Below, one piece after another: positions 57,562 through 64,000 of a DNA stretch of 64,000 nucleotides (within the stretch, counting starts at the first letter, position 1; every line of letters begins with the position of its first letter). Location of the stretch: contig JANQJU010000002.1 in assembly GCA_028281495.1 (NCBI GenBank), forward strand, positions 4,010 through 68,009, given 5' to 3'. The DNA comes from SAR324 cluster bacterium. Its GTDB lineage: Bacteria; SAR324; NAC60-12. Both the position numbers and the translations under genes were made by a program. The notes under the pieces were generated by a model, which saw only the letters and a program-made list of their open reading frames with translations, did not search any database and was not told the DNA's origin.

Positions 57562-59512
57562 ATTCCTTTTGCTTATCATAGCCATTGGCATGGCCTACCA
57601 TACCATGCTGAAAGCCGAGTTCATCATGGATGACCAGTTGTTCTACCTAGATGACCCGGTGATGAACGATCCTCATGGCCTTGCCAAAATTTGGTTCCAT
57701 CCTCTGGAACTCAGTGGACCCTGGCCTTATCTTCCGGTCACCCGCTCTTTCTTTTGGCTAGAACGTCAGATCTTTGGTCTCAATCTCACCATCAGTCATT
57801 TCATCAATATTCTTCTGCATAGCCTCAGTGCCGTATTGCTCTGGCGCGGATTGCATGCGTTCCGTATACAAGGCGCTTGGCTCGTGAGTATGATCTTTGC
57901 GGTGCACCCGGTCCTTGTGCAAACGGTCGCTTGGATTTCTGATCGTAAAAATCTCACCGCAGGCGTATTTTTTCTATTGTGTATCTGGAGCTATCAGCAT
58001 TTTGAAAAGAATCGACGTGTTCGCTGGTACCTCGTTGCCTTGGGTTTGTTTGCAATAGCGCTTCTGAGCAAAACCTCCACGATCATGCTGCCTGTCGTTT
58101 TGGTGCTGTGCCGAATCTGGTGGGGGTATTCCTGGAATAAGCAGGATGTATTTCGGCTGGTGCCATTGTGGGGGCTAGCGGGGGTAGCGGCTTATGGTCG
58201 AATCTGGTTTGAAGTGCATCGCTTCGGTGCAGGTGGGGTGGAGTATGCTTGGAGTTGGCTAGAACGGGTGTTGATTGCGGGACATATTCCATTTTTCTAT
58301 CTTCGCCAGCTGGTCTTTCCTTCCTCTTTGAATTTTATCTATCGTAAGTGGCAGTTCGATTTTATGGAGTTGCCGACCTATCTGCCCACTCTCAGTATTC
58401 TTGTTTTGGCAGGAATCCTTTGGCGCAAACGGCGAGATTGGGGGGTAGGTCTGGCGTTGGGGCTCGCTTCCTTTGTAGTGCTGCTGTTCCCCGTCCTGGG
58501 TTTTTTCAATAACTCCTGGACTCGTTTTTCATTTGTGGCGGATCATTGGGTTTACCTACCCTGCTTGCCGATTTTGATCCTCTTGGTTCAAGGAACGATT
58601 CATATTCGGAACTATTGGAACAGTTTGGTTCACAATCAAATGTGGGTGCAACGCATGCGAGCACTGCATTTCAAAAACGCCGCTCGGCCACGAAAGCTAC
58701 CTCCAACATTGCGTCGACAACCCCGTTCTCGGTTTGGGTTGCGTCCTCGTCGTTCAATGCCGAAGGTTCGAACTCATCCGCGTCCGAATCACTTGTCTCA
58801 AGTCCCTTCCATATTGTTTCAAACATCGTGGAGCGGAATTTTGGTGGTGCTGGGCTTGCTCACTTGGAATCAAACTCAAGCCTATCGCGATTTACCAACC
58901 CTGTGGCAAGCTACCCTTCAAAACAACCCCTATGCTTGGATCGCCTATTTGGACCTTGCCCGAATCTCCAAAGAGCAAGGAGATTTTGAACAAGCTTTGG
59001 TGTATTTGGAATCTTTCGAAACGCTGCTGCTCCCCAAAGGAGCACTCCCCCCCTATTATGCGCTCATGTATAACAATCGTGGGAATGTTTACACCGCATT
59101 AGGAAAACACGATTTGGCTCTCCGAGAATTCCATCGTGCTCTCAATATCGATCCCCACTATGCCGACGCATTTAATAATCGAGGTACCGTGCATGCCCAA
59201 CGCCGCCAGTATGAACTGGCTTTGAAAGATTATAACAAAGCCTTGGAATTGCGTCCGGATCATCTTTTGGCTTATCTCAATCGAGGTCTCACGTATTATA
59301 ACTTGAAACAATACGATCAAGCGTTGCACGACCTTTCTATTGTGATTCAGCGCAATCCTGCGCAAAGGAATGCCTATCTTATTCGGGGAGACACGTGGTT
59401 GGCCTTGGGAAAAAATGATGCGGCTTGTATTGATTTTCAAGAAGCCTGTCGGTTGGGAGCGTGTGAGGATTGGAATTCCATCAAGGAACAAAATATCTGC
59501 AAAGGGTCATAG
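57536..59512 (+). CDS. Polytopic membrane protein (glycosyltransferase-39/TMTC-like N-terminal region) with C-terminal TPR repeats
   Basis: 658 aa. ~9 TM segments, an Arg/Pro-rich loop, then 5-6 TPR units (YNNRGNVYTALGKHDLALREFHRALNIDP...). Overlaps cheB by 26 nt. Confidence 0.75.
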   Translation: MGKKEALVKFLLLIIAIGMAYHTMLKAEFIMDDQLFYLDDPVMNDPHGLAKIWFHPLELSGPWPYLPVTRSFFWLERQIFGLNLTISHFINILLHSLSAVLLWRGLHAFRIQGAWLVSMIFAVHPVLVQTVAWISDRKNLTAGVFFLLCIWSYQHFEKNRRVRWYLVALGLFAIALLSKTSTIMLPVVLVLCRIWWGYSWNKQDVFRLVPLWGLAGVAAYGRIWFEVHRFGAGGVEYAWSWLERVLIAGHIPFFYLRQLVFPSSLNFIYRKWQFDFMELPTYLPTLSILVLAGILWRKRRDWGVGLALGLASFVVLLFPVLGFFNNSWTRFSFVADHWVYLPCLPILILLVQGTIHIRNYWNSLVHNQMWVQRMRALHFKNAARPRKLPPTLRRQPRSRFGLRPRRSMPKVRTHPRPNHLSQVPSILFQTSWSGILVVLGLLTWNQTQAYRDLPTLWQATLQNNPYAWIAYLDLARISKEQGDFEQALVYLESFETLLLPKGALPPYYALMYNNRGNVYTALGKHDLALREFHRALNIDPHYADAFNNRGTVHAQRRQYELALKDYNKALELRPDHLLAYLNRGLTYYNLKQYDQALHDLSIVIQRNPAQRNAYLIRGDTWLALGKNDAACIDFQEACRLGACEDWNSIKEQNICKGS

Positions 59513-59727
59513 GGTGAGGGCTACATCGGCCTCGCTGGGAAGGATGTCATTGAAATGCCACTCAATTCCATTCGGAAGAACAAAAAGGAACAAATGAAAA
59601 CACAACGCTGTAGCTATATTCCCCGCTTGACTGAAGAGATTTGAGAGCGCATATTTCAAGGAATGCGCTGATATTCAATAAGCCTAAATTGGGTAGTTTA
59701 ATATCACAAATAATCCAAGAAATAAAA

Positions 59728-60171
59728 ATGTCTCACGATGAAGATGAACACAACCGCCGCCTAACCAAAATTCTGGGGGCGACTGAAGATTTACTGGACC
59801 CGCTACTGGCTCTGCTTTCTGATCAAGAAGCGTTTCTTGCCGTAAAGAAGATTCGGAAATATATCGACCAAGTGCTCTACGTGAAAGCCAGTTCTCCGTA
59901 CTGCGAGGTTTATTTTGAAAACCGAAAACTCAATTTTGATCCTCGCGTTGCAATCAAAATTTTGGATGATTATTTTGATGACACGGAGTTGTTGCGAATT
60001 CACCAATCTTATTTGGTCAATCCTCACAAAGTGAATTCCGCTTCAAAACGAGCACGAGATTTTGTTCTACATCTTGACGATCATTCGCGTTCTACGGATC
60101 TGCCGATCGCTCGCAATAAACTCCAACATCTTAGAGAACACTACGCGGCTTGGTTTTCTAACGAGCTTTAA
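59728..60171 (+). CDS. Stand-alone LytTR-family DNA-binding protein
   Basis: ATG 59728 (the track opens at TTG 59641). YCEVYFENRKLNFDPRVAIKILDDYF...LLRIHQSYLVNPHKV is a LytTR signature. No receiver domain. Confidence 0.75.
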   Translation: MSHDEDEHNRRLTKILGATEDLLDPLLALLSDQEAFLAVKKIRKYIDQVLYVKASSPYCEVYFENRKLNFDPRVAIKILDDYFDDTELLRIHQSYLVNPHKVNSASKRARDFVLHLDDHSRSTDLPIARNKLQHLREHYAAWFSNEL

Positions 60172-60183
60172 GCCGTACTCGGA

Positions 60184-61167
60184 TTATGGCAAGCGCCGCA
60201 ACCGAGTATGGCTCAGCAAGAACTCAAATAAAAATAATGCCATTGCAGATATGAGGAACCAGAAAAAATGTTCTTCATATTCATGGTATTCTTTGACCTT
60301 GGCTTCCGTTTTTTCCAATTCATCAATCGTTTGGTAGATTTCTTGGAGCGACTCGGTATCGGTGGCTCTGAAGTACTGTCCATTGGTAAGACTCGCCACT
60401 TGTTTCAAGAGGTCTTCATCCAACGAAGCTTGGATTTGCGCCAAACCATATCCTGGCACTTGAATCGGAGCACGCCCACGGGTTCCTACACCCACGGTAT
60501 AGATTTTTATTCCTAATTCTTTCGCGGCTTCGGCTGCTTCCAAGGGAGTAATTTGTCCTGCATTGCTCTCTCCATCGGTAAGCAGAATCAGAACCTTGGA
60601 TTTCGCATCCAGATCTTTGAGTCGTTTTGTGCCAATGGCAATTGCCGAGCCAATGGCCGTGGCATCGCCTGCCATTCCAATGAACGTTTGATCGACAAAA
60701 TTAACCAACAATTCATGATCGAGAGTTAATGGAGCTTGTGTGAAGGCTTCTTCACCAAATACCACGATCCCGATTCGATCCTTCGTTCGATTGCCAATGA
60801 ATTCCTCCAACACTTCTTTAACGACATCCAGGCGTGTGGCTCGATCTAGGTTCCAGCGTAGATCCAAGGCTCGCATGCTACCCGAGGTGTCAATTGCCAA
60901 CACGATGTCAACCCCCTCGGTCGTTACCTCGGTAAATGAACGTCCAGTTTGTGGACGGGCGACCGTTAGAATCAATAAAACGAGAACTAAGGCGCGTAAA
61001 GTGGGCAATATATAAGGATGAGTCCACCAGGAGGTCGTGGCAAAATTAGCAAATTGCGCAACCTCGGAAAACTGAACCACTTGTGGGCGTTGCCGGCGGA
61101 CCACCCACCACCACCAGAAGGGGATCAGCAAGAGGAGGAGTAAAAACAACGGGCTTTCGAATCTCAT
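60184..61167 (-). CDS. VWA-domain membrane protein, BatA-like
   Basis: 327 aa. N-terminal TM pair. MIDAS DIVLAIDTSGSM. LLTDGESN. Confidence 0.85.
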   Translation of the reverse strand: MRFESPLFLLLLLLIPFWWWWVVRRQRPQVVQFSEVAQFANFATTSWWTHPYILPTLRALVLVLLILTVARPQTGRSFTEVTTEGVDIVLAIDTSGSMRALDLRWNLDRATRLDVVKEVLEEFIGNRTKDRIGIVVFGEEAFTQAPLTLDHELLVNFVDQTFIGMAGDATAIGSAIAIGTKRLKDLDAKSKVLILLTDGESNAGQITPLEAAEAAKELGIKIYTVGVGTRGRAPIQVPGYGLAQIQASLDEDLLKQVASLTNGQYFRATDTESLQEIYQTIDELEKTEAKVKEYHEYEEHFFWFLISAMALFLFEFLLSHTRLRRLP

Positions 61168-62123
61168 GAGACCTCCGTTGGTGTTTCAGAAGCATAAACG
61201 ATGCTTTCGATGAATTGATGTACGCGGTTGTAGGCATCATCCATCTCTTGTTTCGATGGAAGCACTTCCGCATATTTGATCAGATCAGATTTTTGACACA
61301 GCTCAGCAATTTGCTGGCTTTCTTCAAGGGTATAAGGGGTGTTTTGTTGCAATGATGGCAAGAATTCCTCGGTGGTCATGCTCACTGCGGCAAACCGGAA
61401 TCGGCGCTCTAGAAATTCGCGGAAAATCTCCGAGAGATCATAATAATACTGCTGCACTTCCTGCGGATGGGTCGAAATGAAATGAGAAAGTTCCTTGAGC
61501 CTGCGGAATGCTCTTTCGTGCGGAGTTTCTTCCGGTTCTGGAGGCAAGGGGCGTTGACTTCGACGATACCAAACGTATCCCAGGGCCGCGATCAACAAGA
61601 TCAAGCCTGCGATGACCCATCCACCCCACCAAGGGAAGGAAAAGGGAACATCCACTTGAGGTTTGATGTCCCGCAAAACAGGAGGTTGTTCCGGTAAAAT
61701 CAATGACGTGACCTCAATTTGCAACGCCTGTGTCTGTGCTTCTTCTGTTGTACCATTGGAGCGCACACCCAAAATCGTTACCGGAGGGATCGCTTGAAAA
61801 CCCGGTTGATGGGGCCAAAGATTCCATTGCCAGAGATAACGGCGGTGGTTCTGTGCTGTATCTGAATCCTCTGAGCCTTCCAGAGAGGAGGATTCTTGTG
61901 GATCGATATCAAATTGTTCGGAGAGGGGTTCTGGCAGCCGAGGAGGTTCTATTGAGACATCAGCAGGCGCTATCACCTCGATCTGATATTGAAGGAAGTC
62001 TCCAGTGGTGAGAGTGGTTTTATCTATTTGGGCTTGGACTTGGAGCAGGGGATCTTGAGCCATGCCAGTCCCAATAAGAACGTGGAACAGACATAACCAC
62101 ACGAACAAAATACGCATCTTCAT
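61164..62123 (-). CDS. Exported BatD-like N-terminal region fused to a DUF4381-like TM/C-terminal region
   Basis: 319 aa. Signal peptide, then QVQAQIDKTTLTTGDFLQYQIEV. TM WWGGWVIAGLILLIAALGYVWY. Then HERAFRRLKEL...YYDLSEIFREFLERRF. 4-nt overlap with the VWA gene. Family names are from memory. Confidence 0.55.
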   Translation of the reverse strand: MKMRILFVWLCLFHVLIGTGMAQDPLLQVQAQIDKTTLTTGDFLQYQIEVIAPADVSIEPPRLPEPLSEQFDIDPQESSSLEGSEDSDTAQNHRRYLWQWNLWPHQPGFQAIPPVTILGVRSNGTTEEAQTQALQIEVTSLILPEQPPVLRDIKPQVDVPFSFPWWGGWVIAGLILLIAALGYVWYRRSQRPLPPEPEETPHERAFRRLKELSHFISTHPQEVQQYYYDLSEIFREFLERRFRFAAVSMTTEEFLPSLQQNTPYTLEESQQIAELCQKSDLIKYAEVLPSKQEMDDAYNRVHQFIESIVYASETPTEVS

Positions 62124-62172
62124 CTGGCAATGTTGAAATGGGTTATCCGAGGATTAATAGGGTTGAACACGA

Positions 62173-64000
62173 TTAGGCTTCTTGTGAGGCAACAAACTCT
62201 TCGAGGAAATGATAGGCTCCCTTCAAAAAATCTTGATGTTCATTTCGGTAGCTGTCGGGGAGGCTATCCAAAATACGAATCAGGTGATTGAACAGGAGTG
62301 GCCGTAACTCGGTAGAGTTTTCCACATGCTCCATGTCATACTTCACACCACCCACTGTTTTGGAATAGTCGATTCCCTTGATAGTTCCGGTTTGAGGACG
62401 GAACGGTTGGGTTCGATACAACTGAAAATACGGTGTAGGATCCGCATTTTTGCTAAACGGAGCACGGCCTAGTGCGACAAACACACCATCCCCTGTTTTC
62501 AAATAGACGGCTTCGTCCAAGAACTCTTTCACTCCGCTACTGCCATCCACTGAAACTCCCACTTTATGATTGACTTGTTTGGTATAACCCAGATCCCCAT
62601 AGTATTCGAAAATCGTGGCTACAATTTTTTTGAAATCGTCATACATCCGTAGTTTGAATTCCCCATGTTCGAAAAATCGCTTTTGCAGGTTAGGCATGGT
62701 TCGGTCATACACGGTGCTTTTGTAATCTCGGCCAAACCCAACCCAATCCACATCCGCAGGTTCCAAGGGCTCTTCCATGTTTCCAGGGCCACGTGGAATG
62801 ATTTTTGGTTCCGGGGGGGCTTCTGGTTCCGGCGCGGGAGCGGCTTTCTTTTCGCGGCGAGGAAGCAATCTCAGTTTATTGGCTAAGCCACTCAATGCTT
62901 TTAAGAAATGGGCCGCTTTGGGCCGCCCTTCTTCCTTGATTTGAGAGGCTTGTACCTTCAATGTGGCTGCCATGTATTTTTTATCGGCTTGCTTTTCCGG
63001 TCCTAAATCAACAGAACGTGTGTTGGCATTGGCCGGCGCTTTGCCTTTTAATTTCTTGTTGCGCCGAATCTGAGCAATCTCTTCATGAACCCGTGAAGCG
63101 ATGCAGGCAACCTGCGACGGGTTCAAGGCATCCAATAAAGCTTTTTCAGCCACACGGGCCTTTTCTAATTCGGCTTTGGTTGCATCATCCGCATTGGCCA
63201 AAAATCCTTCCCCATGACTGAGAGCACGAGTGTGCATCTTTTTTAGATTTTTGGTCTTGTCATAAACTCGATCCGCTCGATCCAACACATAAAACGTCGA
63301 GTCCAACTGTTGGTAAATTTTGATCTTCATTAAACTGAATTGGGGTACCTTCACATTGGCAGACATCATGTTTTGAATATCGAGCCGTGTGAGTTCTCGG
63401 AACAGCCAAAACCGAAGGTATTTGTCTTTCCATTCCACATATTTCAGCACATACGCATTTCCATACAAGCAGAATACAAAATCGCGGAATTTGTCCACAA
63501 TCTGACCGTAATCGTCTCCTTTTTCGAATAACGGAGATGGATCGGCTAGGACTTGACGCACCCCATTGGCCAATTCCTTTCCGCTGTCTGGGATTTTGCT
63601 TTGCTTGGATTCTGGAAAAAGGAGTTTCAACTTTTGAAGTGGTTCTTCGGCATAGCGTTGCAAATTAGAACGTGCTTTTTCCGGGTCTTCAGCTTCTTGA
63701 AACAGCTCTCGGGTTTCTAAAATGATTTGAGTGACTTTGTAGGTACCAAACGCTTTGGCCCCGTAGATGCGAGTGATTTTTTCTTTCGCAGCGATGTTTC
63801 CTAGAAACATCAGTTTGACCATTTCCAATAATTGTTCGGGGCTTTCATAAAACGAATGGATCTGACGGATTGCGAGGAATTCTGTGTTGTTGATATCGTT
63901 GGATAAATACTTATGAAGATTGTCACACAACCCCATGGCGGCATTGATACTGATTTCATCAAACCGCAACTGATCGCCTGCTTCTATATCAGAAAAATCC
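62173..64000 (-). CDS. Large hypothetical protein. The reading frame remains open to the right window edge.
   Basis: The ORF track gives 62173..63969 from a TTG, but I found no stop between 63970 and 64000 in that frame, so the N-terminus may lie outside the window. No domain recognised. Central Lys/Pro/Ala-rich linker (KKAAPAPEPEAPPEPK). Confidence 0.6.
   Translation of the reverse strand, partial: DFSDIEAGDQLRFDEISINAAMGLCDNLHKYLSNDINNTEFLAIRQIHSFYESPEQLLEMVKLMFLGNIAAKEKITRIYGAKAFGTYKVTQIILETRELFQEAEDPEKARSNLQRYAEEPLQKLKLLFPESKQSKIPDSGKELANGVRQVLADPSPLFEKGDDYGQIVDKFRDFVFCLYGNAYVLKYVEWKDKYLRFWLFRELTRLDIQNMMSANVKVPQFSLMKIKIYQQLDSTFYVLDRADRVYDKTKNLKKMHTRALSHGEGFLANADDATKAELEKARVAEKALLDALNPSQVACIASRVHEEIAQIRRNKKLKGKAPANANTRSVDLGPEKQADKKYMAATLKVQASQIKEEGRPKAAHFLKALSGLANKLRLLPRREKKAAPAPEPEAPPEPKIIPRGPGNMEEPLEPADVDWVGFGRDYKSTVYDRTMPNLQKRFFEHGEFKLRMYDDFKKIVATIFEYYGDLGYTKQVNHKVGVSVDGSSGVKEFLDEAVYLKTGDGVFVALGRAPFSKNADPTPYFQLYRTQPFRPQTGTIKGIDYSKTVGGVKYDMEHVENSTELRPLLFNHLIRILDSLPDSYRNEHQDFLKGAYHFLEEFVASQEA

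Noticed and set aside
59646-59669. 7-bp inverted repeat AGCGCAT-N10-ATGCGCT upstream of the LytTR gene
   Set aside because: It is short and unaccompanied by the direct repeats typical of LytTR operators. It also lies within the TTG-initiated extension of the ORF-track model. I noted it but did not consider it significant.
60172-60212. 11-bp inverted repeat (one mismatch) between the convergent LytTR and VWA genes, considered as a bidirectional terminator
   Set aside because: It has a 19-nt loop and no flanking T/A runs, and the second arm lies inside the VWA coding sequence. The support is insufficient.

Overview
Densely coding 64-kb bacterial chromosomal window with about 52 CDS. It looks Gram-negative (OMP-like beta-barrel gene, Bat/VWA module). 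I recognised no rRNA, tRNA, CRISPR array, transposase or integrase. All calls rest on reading the ORF track and hand-translating the sequence; no alignments or HMM searches were run, and family names are from memory. Three kinds of content are present. (1) Housekeeping islets: rlmE, cysM-cysO, dtd, sufS-sufU, aroA, bioB-bioF. (2) Very dense signal transduction. A partial che cluster sits at the left edge. A complete chemosensory cluster spans 43.1-59.5 kb: receiver, orphan gene, dual-HPt CheA, CheW, two MCPs and STAS, with a divergent sigma-54-type activator, ParA-like ATPase, CheR, CheB and a TPR membrane protein. There are also several hybrid kinases, two STAS proteins plus a PP2C phosphatase, a REC-CheZ-like fusion, and two FHA proteins with a giant Ser/Thr kinase-STAND protein. 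(3) At 29.4-35.4 kb lies a compact four-gene cluster. It encodes a 133-aa nitrile-hydratase-like-leader (NHLP-type) precursor peptide, a PF04909-type amidohydrolase, a B12-binding radical SAM enzyme and a fused E1-like/YcaO cyclodehydratase. FHA/kinase/pseudo-cyclase signalling genes bracket it. This cluster is my best candidate for a previously undescribed system: a RiPP pathway with an unusual enzyme set and a very short predicted core. Smaller sequence-level oddities are two perfect or near-perfect tandem duplications, two strong inverted repeats flanking the RiPP cluster, a recurring T-rich GTTGTT motif upstream of four signalling operons, and an ambiguous or frameshifted start of the left-edge cheA.
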